This document shows positions 48,268 to 57,771 of a stretch of 64,000 bases of DNA, piece by piece. The position numbers and the translations under genes are program-made. Positions within the stretch are counted from its first letter, which is position 1. Each line of letters opens with the position of its first letter. This DNA is from a virus. The notes beneath the pieces were generated by a model. The model searched no databases and was not told the origin of the DNA. It was given only the letters and a program-made list of their open reading frames with translations. Location of the stretch: positions 1 through 64,000 of the IMG/VR virus record IMGVR_UViG_3300044712_002690, one strand, 5' to 3'.

Positions 48268-50207
48268 TATTGTTTAACGTTATTAATCATTTCTTGTAAC
48301 ATAGAAGAAAGTCCTTCTTCCCCTACACCAGGAGGTGTTTTAAAAGCTGTACCTGAGTACATGGTATGATCAAAAATAACTGAACCATCATCTAATATAT
48401 AAATAAATAATCCATCGCTTCCTCCTGGAACAGGGAACTCAATTGAGTAGTCATATTCACCTGATTTTTTACCTGAGTTATTTAAAGCGAGTAAAAATCC
48501 TTTTTCATCAACTTGTTTTGTACCTTGAGGAAAATAATTAACATTAAATACTCGAGTTTCCTGTTCTTCAGAAAATTCCATATCTTCTATTTGTGTTATT
48601 AAACTTGATATATTTTGATTAGCTACTATTTTAAGTAACTGATCCAATTTTTTAATTTTAGCAAGTCTAATTTCTTGATTTTCAGAGGCTACTCTTTCAC
48701 CATGAAGGCCAAGAACATCTTTAGCTGTTTCAAAAACTTCACGAACAAGAGCTAATTCTTCATCTTCTGAATAGTCCATAGTTTCATGCATTTCCACAAG
48801 CTGTTTAGCTGTGTTGTAGATTTCATCAAGTTTAGAGATTTCTTCATCTTCACTATAGCCTTCATCGTCAAAGAAATCCATTAACATATCATCGAGGGCT
48901 TTCTTCAACTCAAATGCTTTTTTAGTGTCCATTTTATTTTCCTTCTCAACTTTTTTATTGTACTTACCAGCTAAATCTTCTTCATTATATGTCTTTTTAA
49001 AAAGTTCATTTTTCTTTTTATCCTTTTCTAAAGATTTAGCAACTCTGTTATAATGATTTAAATTGCTTGCTTCAATTCTATTAAATAGAATTTGTATGTG
49101 AGAAGCAATTCTATGCAATCTCTGTTCTTTTGTTTCTTCTGAGCTAGATTTTGATAAATTATAATGTACAACAGTTTTAAATTTACCAGTAGGGTTACCA
49201 TCTGAATCTAACAACTCAACAATAGCCCAAGGTACATCTAAATCCCATTCACTTTTAGCTATTTCTTCGGCTTGTTGTGGTTTGTATCCTTCATTTTTTA
49301 ACTCTTCTATTGCATCAGGTAACAATGACCATTTAACTTCAGGATCTTCTTTGAGTACTAATTTTTTTACAACACCATATTCAACTGGATCTTTTTTTGT
49401 ATCTTCTGGATCTTCTAAATGGGAAGATCCTGTAAAATCACCTATTAAATCTACATAGTCACCAGGTCGTATTTGATTTCCTGCTACATCTTCTGCTTCA
49501 TCAACCTCTTCACCTTCAATAGGTTTCCATTTTTCTGGTTGTTTACCTTGCCCATAAGGAACTTCTTTGAATGGTTCAAACATGTCATGAGAAATATCAA
49601 ATTCTTTTTTTATCTGTTCTTTAGCTTCTTCAGGTGAATATCCTTCATTTATTAAATCTTTATATACATCACGTATAATATTATTTCTTCTTTCTTCCAT
49701 TTCTGGTATAACTTCAGCTTTACCTGGTACTGCAAAAAATTGATGGTCTTCATTATATGCAGCAGCATATTTATTTGTAATACTATTCATAAGAGCAGTT
49801 TGATCAATTTCTGATAATCCTAAATTTCCTAATTCTTCTTGAACAGCAGCGATGGCTTCTTCTTTTGTTCCACCATTTTGAGTAACATTAGAATAAACAT
49901 CCTCTAGATATCTTTCTTCAAGTCTAGTGCCTAGATTTTCTTTTTTATACCCAAGACCTTGAACAAAATCTTGTACTTCTTTAATATATGCAGGAAGGTC
50001 ATACATATCTACAAAATCTAAAAGAAATTCTTGTACATCTTCTAAACTAAATTTTTGGAAAGCGGGATTAGATAAATCCTCTTCTTTACCATAACCAAAA
50101 GAATTAAGAAAATCGTTTGCTAATTCTTCACTATTATATTTAAGTCCTAATGAAAGAGCAAAATCTTGTAAAAATTCTTTTATATCAGCTAAATCAAATG
50201 TATTCAT
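48267..50207 (-). CDS. Large acidic mosaic protein, probable internal head protein
   Basis: 646 aa; N-terminal duplicated helix (DIKEFLQDF/DVQEFLLDF), SH3-like segment, NKYAA/RIAS/RVAS motifs. Confidence 0.55.
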   Translation of the reverse strand: MNTFDLADIKEFLQDFALSLGLKYNSEELANDFLNSFGYGKEEDLSNPAFQKFSLEDVQEFLLDFVDMYDLPAYIKEVQDFVQGLGYKKENLGTRLEERYLEDVYSNVTQNGGTKEEAIAAVQEELGNLGLSEIDQTALMNSITNKYAAAYNEDHQFFAVPGKAEVIPEMEERRNNIIRDVYKDLINEGYSPEEAKEQIKKEFDISHDMFEPFKEVPYGQGKQPEKWKPIEGEEVDEAEDVAGNQIRPGDYVDLIGDFTGSSHLEDPEDTKKDPVEYGVVKKLVLKEDPEVKWSLLPDAIEELKNEGYKPQQAEEIAKSEWDLDVPWAIVELLDSDGNPTGKFKTVVHYNLSKSSSEETKEQRLHRIASHIQILFNRIEASNLNHYNRVAKSLEKDKKKNELFKKTYNEEDLAGKYNKKVEKENKMDTKKAFELKKALDDMLMDFFDDEGYSEDEEISKLDEIYNTAKQLVEMHETMDYSEDEELALVREVFETAKDVLGLHGERVASENQEIRLAKIKKLDQLLKIVANQNISSLITQIEDMEFSEEQETRVFNVNYFPQGTKQVDEKGFLLALNNSGKKSGEYDYSIEFPVPGGSDGLFIYILDDGSVIFDHTMYSGTAFKTPPGVGEEGLSSMLQEMINNVKQ

Positions 50208-50209
50208 AC

Positions 50210-50554
50210 TTATCCTCTCGATTTTTCTTGCTTTCTTAGAACAAGTGAATTTGAATTTTGGTTATACATTTCACTAGAAACTTCTTTAGCAACACGAAGG
50301 ATAACATCTACTGAATTATCATGATTTAATAAGCACTTTTCAGCTATGAAAATTTCTGCTTGAGGATATTTCTCTTTGTAATAATGAGCTGCTGCAGTTT
50401 CAAATGGTCCGTCTGTAATAAGACCCTTCTTACCAATACCTTTAAAAGATGTTCTGACATATCTAAGAAGGTTGAGATCAGCTAAGTCTTCCATGCTAAA
50501 TCTAACTAAACCTTTCTTTGAATTTATTTGGCTAACTTCTGGCATAATAATCAC
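50210..50554 (-). CDS. Hypothetical protein, first gene of the leftward unit
   Basis: 114 aa, GGAGTG RBS. Confidence 0.5.
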   Translation of the reverse strand: MIIMPEVSQINSKKGLVRFSMEDLADLNLLRYVRTSFKGIGKKGLITDGPFETAAAHYYKEKYPQAEIFIAEKCLLNHDNSVDVILRVAKEVSSEMYNQNSNSLVLRKQEKSRG

Positions 50555-50663
50555 ACTCCACTTGTGTGGGAATTAAATGAGTTCTAGTAAAAATTAGAAT
50601 AACTAGGGAAAGATTTAGGCGAAAAAACACACACACTTAATATTATTTTAATAAATTGTTTCT

Positions 50664-50725
50664 GAGTGCGAAGCACTCTTTTATTCTAGGAGAAGTGAGA
50701 ATTCCTCTTTAGTGAGCGAAGCTCA
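50664..50725. other. Two GCGAAGC-core DNA hairpins
   Basis: GAGTGC-GAA-GCACTC (50664-50678) and TGAGC-GAA-GCTCA (50713-50725). Confidence 0.75.
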
Positions 50726-50730
50726 TACAT

Positions 50731-50780
50731 TAGGTTATATATGGTTATATATTGTTATAATAAGTTATATATAATTGATA
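50731..50780. repeat. AT-rich tandem 10-mers (GTTATA core), candidate DNA-unwinding element
   Basis: taggttatat atggttatat attgttataa taagttatat at exact 10-bp period next to the iterons. Confidence 0.6.
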
Positions 50781-50785
50781 CCATG

Positions 50786-50917
50786 TCAAGTGGGTCACAT
50801 GAAGAGTTCAAGTGGGTCACATGGGGGTACTCAAGTGGGTCACATAGGACTTTCAAGTGGGTCACATAGCACTTTCTAAACGGGGATGAGCGTCAGACCC
50901 TATCAAGTGGGTCACAT
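50786..50917 (+). repeat. Five identical 15-bp direct repeats TCAAGTGGGTCACAT (iterons, putative replication origin)
   Basis: Copies start at 50786, 50808, 50831, 50853, 50903; spacings 22, 23, 22, 50; intergenic, at the strand switch. Confidence 0.85.
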
Positions 50918-50989
50918 GTAAATTAAAGTAATTTTGCTAGATTTCTCTCAGAATTACATATAATATTGTAATGAGTTAAAAATAAAACT

Positions 50990-51523
50990 ATGAAAGTACT
51001 ACAACCACAGTTTAAACAGTTTTGTATTGACAAAGTAGGACAAGAGTGTGCAGAAAAGATTTATTCTTTCTACAAATCTCTTAGTACTAAGCAGCAAGGA
51101 AAGACAGATAAATTTCTTAATCTCTCAGAAAGACGAGAAAGAAGTTTAACCTTTCTTTTAGAAAATTATGGAATAGACAATATTCTAGAAACGATTGACA
51201 TCTTTAATAAGAAAGCGGAATCTGGTGAGCTTACAGTTAATACTATTCCTTATTTTAATAAGATGGTTGAAAATCACTCAATACAAAAGAATAAAAAACC
51301 TGTTCCAAGAACGAATCCTATATTCTTTAAAACTATTACAACTACAATTATTCCAGTTAGAAAAAGAAGTTCAGAGATTAATACCTATGAGATTGATTTA
51401 TTTAATTGGGTATATGAATGTTCTCAGTGTAAAGCAGAATTTACAGGTTGGGATGAACATTGTCCAAAATGCAATTTAACTATAGATTGGGATCACTACA
51501 ATGATAAAAATTCTGAAAAGTAA
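50990..51523 (+). CDS. Possible replication initiator/helicase-loader-associated protein with C-terminal zinc ribbon
   Basis: First gene after the iterons; LLENYGIDNILETID..TIPYFNKMVEN is DnaD-like by eye; CSQC..CPKC. Confidence 0.35.
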   Translation: MKVLQPQFKQFCIDKVGQECAEKIYSFYKSLSTKQQGKTDKFLNLSERRERSLTFLLENYGIDNILETIDIFNKKAESGELTVNTIPYFNKMVENHSIQKNKKPVPRTNPIFFKTITTTIIPVRKRSSEINTYEIDLFNWVYECSQCKAEFTGWDEHCPKCNLTIDWDHYNDKNSEK

Positions 51524-51692
51524 AGAGTATAAGTTGTATAAAGAGCTTCAAGATAAAGTAAACTCTCTTCTTAACTGTTCCACTTTATCTACTTCACTAG
51601 ATTTAACTATACTGAAATTAGATGCTTACATGCAAAAAGAAAAACGTGAAAAAGTCTTCAGTTTACGTAAATCAGACATTAGGATTGATTAA
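51501..51692 (+). CDS. Small hypothetical protein
   Basis: 63 aa; stop overlaps the sbcD start. Confidence 0.45.
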   Translation: MIKILKSKEYKLYKELQDKVNSLLNCSTLSTSLDLTILKLDAYMQKEKREKVFSLRKSDIRID

Positions 51693-52813
51693 TGATTTTA
51701 TTTTTCAGTGATTTACACATGGGGATTCGCTCCTACAGTCAGCAGTTAAGTAATGGATTATTTACTGCAGAAGAGGAAGCTAGAATTGCTTTAGAATATA
51801 TTTGTAAACGAGCATATAGTTCTGATATAGACGCAGTTATTTTTGGAGGAGATTGGTTTCATACAAATCAACCTACTGCAGAGAATATTAAAGACAGTAT
51901 TTATTGGATAAAGAAATTTGATTCAATAGGAAAACCTTTCTTTCTCATTCCTGGAAATCACGATAGTTCAATGTACTCTAACGGTATGTCCTGGATTAAT
52001 TCACTTGCGCTTGCTAATACACATCTTATTACCTACTCTCCTTTTTCTTATAGATGGAAAGATTGGGATGTAAAGTTTGTTCCTTATAGTTACAGTAAGA
52101 CAATGAGAGATAAAGAAGAAGATGTTTATTCAGCGATTGAAAATACTATTTCAACATCTTCAGATAAAACGATTATTGTAGGACATATTCAAGAAGTTAC
52201 AGCTAAAATTGGTTCTGAATCAATAATGATTTCTAAAGGTGTTGATATTATTGATATGGATACAATTCATATTAAAAATGATATTGTGTTACTTCTTGGT
52301 CATATTCATAAACATCAAGTATATAAGAAAGGAAAAGCTACTGTTTGTTATCCTGGTAATTGTTTTTATCATGATCTGTCTGATGCTAATCAACAAAAAG
52401 GTTTTATTTTATTTGATGAAAATAAGGAAATTACCTTTGAAGCAATTCCTACTATTAGAAAATTTATAACTATTCATATATCTAAGGATATGGATCTTGA
52501 TACTTTAATTTCTAAAAGGAGATTAGTATCAGGAACTGTTGTATTTATTTCAACAGATTTTGAACGCAATGTAGCACTTGAAGATACTTTTAAAACCAAA
52601 CTGACTGAAAAAGGATGTATTTTAGGTGGAGTTAGATGGAAGATAACTGAAGAGGATATGGACCAATCCTTAACTCCTATTACTTCTTCTGATCCATATA
52701 AAATATTAGAAGAAAAAATACATGCAAAAGAAGAGTGGGACAATTTATTTAAGAAAGATGTTTTAGAGAAAGGTTTTACTTATTTAGATAAAGTTAAAGG
52801 TGCAGCTAGTTGA
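51692..52813 (+). CDS. sbcD: SbcD/Mre11-like nuclease (gp47-like)
   Basis: FSDLHMG, GGDWFH, PGNHD, GHIQ, LGHIHK, YPG metallophosphoesterase motifs; adjacent to SbcC. Confidence 0.92.
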   Translation: MILFFSDLHMGIRSYSQQLSNGLFTAEEEARIALEYICKRAYSSDIDAVIFGGDWFHTNQPTAENIKDSIYWIKKFDSIGKPFFLIPGNHDSSMYSNGMSWINSLALANTHLITYSPFSYRWKDWDVKFVPYSYSKTMRDKEEDVYSAIENTISTSSDKTIIVGHIQEVTAKIGSESIMISKGVDIIDMDTIHIKNDIVLLLGHIHKHQVYKKGKATVCYPGNCFYHDLSDANQQKGFILFDENKEITFEAIPTIRKFITIHISKDMDLDTLISKRRLVSGTVVFISTDFERNVALEDTFKTKLTEKGCILGGVRWKITEEDMDQSLTPITSSDPYKILEEKIHAKEEWDNLFKKDVLEKGFTYLDKVKGAAS

Positions 52814-54909
52814 TTCTTAATGAAATAGAACTTAAAGGATTTGGATCATATAGAGATCAGAATATTATATCTATACCTGTAGGACTTACAGGTATTGTTG
52901 GTGTTTATGAAGAGAATTCTCTTAAATCAATAGGTTCTGGTAAGTCTACTTTAGTTACTGCTCTTAATTATATTCTTTTTGGTAAAGGTGAATTTGATAA
53001 GATCGAGGAGCTTCTAAATGATCAATTAGGTGAAAAAGATGAATTTTTTGCTGGATGTAAATTCCAACAAGGTGATTCATCTTTTTATGTTAAACGTGGA
53101 AGAAATGGAAGCTCTTATCTTGAGCTTACAGAAAATGGTTCTCCAAGAGGCGAGCCTAAAATAGATGTAAGGACAGAGGAAATTAAAAAAATAGTAGGCA
53201 TGGACTATGATATGTTCACTGCCTCGGTGTTTTTTGAGCAAGACAGATTAAGTAAATTAATAGACACAGATCCATCTGTTAGACGTAATTATGTTGAAAA
53301 AGTTCTTGGTACATCTTTATGGACAGCTGGAAGCAAGTTAATTACTAAAGATAAAAATACTGCGAAAAAAGATGCAGATTTTATAGAAAGCGAAATTATT
53401 AAAATTGACTTAGCTATTTCAGAGCATTTAAAAACGATAGAAGTAGAAGAGACAATCAAAGCTCAATTAGCTATACTAACTAAAGATAAAAAAGATATTG
53501 ACGGACAACTTGCTTCTCTTGATTTTATTAAGTCGAAAAAAGATAAACTTTGTGATTTAGAAAATCAGCAAAATAAGTTGTTTATAAAACTTACTGATTA
53601 TTCAAATAAACTTGAAGCTCATCAACAGAAGTCAAAAAGCATTTTAGAATCAGTAGATGCAGAAAAGAAATCTTTAGCTGAAATTAAATGTGAGCTTTCT
53701 TTACTGTACAAACAAAGAGAAGAAAAAGAAAACGAACTAGAAGCAGCTAAAAATGAAGAATCTTTTGTTCAAGAAATGTTAAATAGTATATTTCAAAAAC
53801 TAACAAAAGATGACGCACAAAAAATTTCACTTTTATCGTCTAAGTTAGATGATGCTTCTGGTATTTGTCCAACATGTAATCAACCTATAACGATTGATTG
53901 TATAAAAAATAAAAACAAAGAAATTGATAAAGCAATTAAAGACTTACAAAAGTTAATTGACATTTCTTTACATGCACAAAAGGAAACTGAAAATAAAAAA
54001 CAGGAAATAGTAGATAAGATAGAACTTATTGAAACTGCATTAAAACAACTCTCTAAAAGAGAAACCGGACTAGTTGATAGAATTAGTACGATAGAAGCTA
54101 ACTTAGCTGGGTCTACAGCTTTTTTAGAATCTGCAGTAGTTATTGAAGAAGAATATAAATCTACAACTAGTAGTACACAAGAGCAATATAACAATATAGA
54201 AAAAGATATTGAAGAGATTACGAAGGAGATTGCTTCTCAAGAAGATAAATTAACTAAATATGAAGAATTAAAAAAGCAACAACTTACTTTATCTTCTTCA
54301 ATTACTGATTTAACTTTAGAACTAGGAAAAATTGTACATATTAAAGAAGATATTAAAAGATTAGAAGAAGAAAAGAAAGAAAAAGAAGCTGTACTCTCTA
54401 TTACACAATATTCAGTAAATATACTGAAAGCTTTAGAAGAAGAATTTGATACAATTCCTTCAGAGATTTTAACATCCTCTGTATATCAAATTGAAAAAGA
54501 AGCATCAGATATTATACATAACTTTATGCCTGAAATGAATGTGTTTGTTAGGGAGGATACAAGTAAAGTAAACAAACCTCTTCAGATCTTTTTTGAAGTA
54601 GAAGGAAAAAGAAGAAATTACAAACGCCTTTCCGGTGGACAGAAAACAATTGCTAATTTAGCATTGCGATTAGGATTTTCAAAAGTTATTTCTTCTAGAG
54701 TAGGAGCACATATTAATTTCTTGATTTTAGATGAACCTTTTGGTTATTTAGATTCATATACACGAGATCTTATTAAAAAAGTCTTGACAGAAATCAATAA
54801 ATGGTTTAAACAAATTATTGTTATTTCCCATGTTGACAATATTCAAGATTTTCCTAATATCATTAAAATAGTTATGAGTCAAGACGGTATAAGTAGAATA
54901 CAAACTTAG
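52810..54909 (+). CDS. sbcC: SbcC/Rad50-like ATPase (gp46-like)
   Basis: Walker A GSGKST, CPTC zinc hook, LSGGQK signature, LILDEPFGYLD Walker B/D-loop, VISH. Confidence 0.95.
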   Translation: MILNEIELKGFGSYRDQNIISIPVGLTGIVGVYEENSLKSIGSGKSTLVTALNYILFGKGEFDKIEELLNDQLGEKDEFFAGCKFQQGDSSFYVKRGRNGSSYLELTENGSPRGEPKIDVRTEEIKKIVGMDYDMFTASVFFEQDRLSKLIDTDPSVRRNYVEKVLGTSLWTAGSKLITKDKNTAKKDADFIESEIIKIDLAISEHLKTIEVEETIKAQLAILTKDKKDIDGQLASLDFIKSKKDKLCDLENQQNKLFIKLTDYSNKLEAHQQKSKSILESVDAEKKSLAEIKCELSLLYKQREEKENELEAAKNEESFVQEMLNSIFQKLTKDDAQKISLLSSKLDDASGICPTCNQPITIDCIKNKNKEIDKAIKDLQKLIDISLHAQKETENKKQEIVDKIELIETALKQLSKRETGLVDRISTIEANLAGSTAFLESAVVIEEEYKSTTSSTQEQYNNIEKDIEEITKEIASQEDKLTKYEELKKQQLTLSSSITDLTLELGKIVHIKEDIKRLEEEKKEKEAVLSITQYSVNILKALEEEFDTIPSEILTSSVYQIEKEASDIIHNFMPEMNVFVREDTSKVNKPLQIFFEVEGKRRNYKRLSGGQKTIANLALRLGFSKVISSRVGAHINFLILDEPFGYLDSYTRDLIKKVLTEINKWFKQIIVISHVDNIQDFPNIIKIVMSQDGISRIQT

Positions 54910-54919
54910 GAGCAGCTCA

Positions 54920-56350
54920 ATGGATGTTATGAATTTATATGAACAGTTTTTAGTACATACAAAATTAAGTGACGCAACATATAAAAGTGTTTTTATGCGA
55001 GTACAAGACATTATACAATCACTTAATCAGATTGAATTTGAGAAATTTAAATATGGTGTAAGAACAGAATCATTTTCAATAGACTTTAACAACCTACATG
55101 AAGATGTAGCACCATCATATGTTGTTGAAACTATTAAAAACTTATTTGATAAGTTTTTTACTTTTCCTAAAGATGGTGAAATTGAACTTGATATTAAGTA
55201 TGGAACTTCTGATTTTCAAGCAACACACAGTAATGGTATCATTACTATTCCACAGCAAATTTCCTTTTTTGAAAAATTAAAAGTATTTCCATTCTTTACA
55301 GTTATGGATTCTCCTGTAGATTATTATGATGAGTTTGATTATCTATTCAAGTTTCTGAATTTAAAAGACCCAGCAAGGACAATTTTTGGACCATTAAAAG
55401 AAGTATTTGATCAACAAACCGCAACAGAAGATGTTGATTCTGGTGAAATTTCACCTAGAACAGCAGCTAGTTATAGCATTATGATTGAAGATTTACAAGA
55501 TAAAAAAGAAAAGATTTTAAAGGAACTTGAGGATATTAAAGCCTCTAAGGATTCTTTATTAGCATTAAAAAATGATTTAGTCCAATTTGCACAATTTAAA
55601 GATAAGTATAATACAGAGTATTCAACACTTGTAGATGAGTTTAATTATCTTAAAGAACAGAAAGCTGGATATCTACAAAAGTATAGTGAGACATTATCTC
55701 TTATTGATGAAATTAATGTTACTCTTGCAGCAATGAAAGATGCAGAAACCAAAGATGAAGCAGAACTCAAGTATCTTGCAGAACGTAAAGTTTATTTTGA
55801 AAGCAGAGGAACTATGCTTACTAACTCTATTAAAGAGCTTAGTGGATTACAAGATACTACAAAGCGCAGAATTGAAGAACTTCAAAATATCTTTAAAAAG
55901 ACAGATAAAATGTCTTTAGAAGATTTAGAGGATATGTCAAAACAAATTGATGTTCTAGATAAGAAACAAGAAAGACTTTTTGCTAATGTAGGATCTATAG
56001 ATAATACAATTCAACAAACAAAAGAAGCTCAGGCTAATGCAAATATTACAATTGAAAGGGCTTCTTATTCAGATCATGTAATACAGAATGCTGGTAATCA
56101 AACAATTCCAGATCATTTAGCTAAACCTGAGATTCCAACTTCTGTTCTAGTTGTAAAAAATTATCTTAGATACTATTTTGTTTATCAATGCGAGAAAAAA
56201 GAAAAGTTCTTATTGACTCAAAAAAGATTTTTCTCTAAACCTCAAGTTAGTAGGTTAGTACTCAAAGAATACTTTGGATTTGAACCTAAAATCATTTTTA
56301 GTAAGCATCCAATTGAAGGATTCAATAATGTTATTTTGGTAGAAGGATAA
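54920..56350 (+). CDS. Coiled-coil protein
   Basis: 476 aa with a long central heptad region. Confidence 0.55.
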   Translation: MDVMNLYEQFLVHTKLSDATYKSVFMRVQDIIQSLNQIEFEKFKYGVRTESFSIDFNNLHEDVAPSYVVETIKNLFDKFFTFPKDGEIELDIKYGTSDFQATHSNGIITIPQQISFFEKLKVFPFFTVMDSPVDYYDEFDYLFKFLNLKDPARTIFGPLKEVFDQQTATEDVDSGEISPRTAASYSIMIEDLQDKKEKILKELEDIKASKDSLLALKNDLVQFAQFKDKYNTEYSTLVDEFNYLKEQKAGYLQKYSETLSLIDEINVTLAAMKDAETKDEAELKYLAERKVYFESRGTMLTNSIKELSGLQDTTKRRIEELQNIFKKTDKMSLEDLEDMSKQIDVLDKKQERLFANVGSIDNTIQQTKEAQANANITIERASYSDHVIQNAGNQTIPDHLAKPEIPTSVLVVKNYLRYYFVYQCEKKEKFLLTQKRFFSKPQVSRLVLKEYFGFEPKIIFSKHPIEGFNNVILVEG

Positions 56351-56353
56351 GCA

Positions 56354-56740
56354 ATGTTTTTTGAGTGGAGAAACTTATTTTCAAAACCTAAAAAATTTAG
56401 TTCGTTAAAAGAAGAATCAGACTTTGTTATTCAGAAGACTGAAATGATAAAAAAAGAACAAGAACAATTAGATTCATTTGAATTTGATAAATTTAAAGAA
56501 AAAGGAAATGAATTTTTTATTTCCTTTTCTGATTTTTTGTTTTTTCTAGAACAAGAAGATTATGATTTAAATGATATCTTAGCTAGATTTAAACACATAG
56601 GTGAATTAAATAAAGAAAAGTTTTCTTTTGTAGAAGCGTATGCAACTACTACAAAAGATGGTATTCACTTATCGATGAATCCTTCTGATAAGAAAAGTAC
56701 TAAAGTTAAAATTGTTTCTTTACGGACCTCAAGAAAATGA
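56354..56740 (+). CDS. Hypothetical protein
   Basis: 128-aa ORF in the operon. Confidence 0.5.
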   Translation: MFFEWRNLFSKPKKFSSLKEESDFVIQKTEMIKKEQEQLDSFEFDKFKEKGNEFFISFSDFLFFLEQEDYDLNDILARFKHIGELNKEKFSFVEAYATTTKDGIHLSMNPSDKKSTKVKIVSLRTSRK

Positions 56741-56961
56741 TAGAATGGTCTCTTGTTATAGCTGGTATAGTTGGAGCTATTCTCAATATTTTAAAGAATA
56801 AATGGTGTTTTGTTATTTGGGGTATTTGCAATATAGGATGGGTTATATTCTACATAAATTTGAAAGCTTACCCTCAAGTAATACTATTTGGATTCTATTT
56901 TTTAACTACATTGTGGGGACTTTATCAATGGTACACAGATGATAAAAGAAACCCACAATAG
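56737..56961 (+). CDS. Short PnuC-like membrane protein
   Basis: GIVGAILNILKNKWCFVIWGICNIGWV..QVILFGFYFLTTLWGLYQW, three TM helices. Confidence 0.6.
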   Translation: MIEWSLVIAGIVGAILNILKNKWCFVIWGICNIGWVIFYINLKAYPQVILFGFYFLTTLWGLYQWYTDDKRNPQ

Positions 56962-56971
56962 TTTTATGTGA

Positions 56972-57754
56972 ATGGTAATTGCTATGAATGAAATAGTTAT
57001 TCATCCTGATAATACACAAGTAGAAGTAGTTTCAGAAACACCCGCTTCTGTTAGAGAAAGATACGGTTTTTATGTTTCAAAACCTCCTCTATGTCCTATT
57101 TGTAATAAAAGAAACCACATGGAGATAAATCTTCTAAGAGCACGTGATCATTTATCACTAGATCAAATTGTTCAAACAGTTCAGAATCCCGGTGTTACAA
57201 GAGGAGCTCTTGTAAAGCATTTTGATAATCATTTTATTCTTCTTCCTGCTCAAAAGAAAATATTAGATTTAAAAGAAGACTGTGCTCCTGAATCTTTAGA
57301 AATCGTAAGTAAAGTATTTGATGGTGAAGTAGATATTTTTTCTGCTTCACAAAGTATATTAAAATCTCAAGCAACAAGATTGCACGTAGTAGTTAAGAGA
57401 CTTGAATTTTTAAATCATCACCTAGAAAATGATTCAGCAGATGATATTGATAAACAAGAGTTTATTCAATTGCATAAAGTTGCTTCTGACATTGAAAACT
57501 CAATGCAGAAAACATATAGCATTATGGATAAGAAACTCTTTCCTACAAGTAAAGAAGAATTATCAAGTGCTATTTTACAGTATAAACTTACTGTGCTATC
57601 AAAATTAATTGATAGTATTCAATTAGTGTTGCTTGAACTTGAAAGGAATCCAAAATATACTTCTGCTATTTCTGCTGTACGAGAAGAATTAGCTAAAAGA
57701 ATTGGTAATATTGAGGATGAGGTTCTTAAATCTGGTGGAATAATACATAACTGA
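56972..57754 (+). CDS. Zn-finger/HTH protein (possible small terminase or regulator)
   Basis: CPIC..EINLL..SLDQIV..VTRGALVKHFDNH followed by a helical coiled region. Confidence 0.4.
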   Translation: MVIAMNEIVIHPDNTQVEVVSETPASVRERYGFYVSKPPLCPICNKRNHMEINLLRARDHLSLDQIVQTVQNPGVTRGALVKHFDNHFILLPAQKKILDLKEDCAPESLEIVSKVFDGEVDIFSASQSILKSQATRLHVVVKRLEFLNHHLENDSADDIDKQEFIQLHKVASDIENSMQKTYSIMDKKLFPTSKEELSSAILQYKLTVLSKLIDSIQLVLLELERNPKYTSAISAVREELAKRIGNIEDEVLKSGGIIHN

Positions 57755-57771
57755 AGATAGGAGAAAATTAA

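Noticed and set aside
50786-50917. Mini-CRISPR array
   Set aside because: Repeats are 15 bp with 7-8 bp gaps, too short for spacers; no palindromic repeat and no cas genes; the helical phasing fits iterons
56737-56961. NAD-reconstitution anti-defence pathway built from the PnuC-like gene and the Nudix gene
   Set aside because: No NadR, NMNAT, NamPT or Adps/Namat-like partner is visible and the two genes are 30 kb apart
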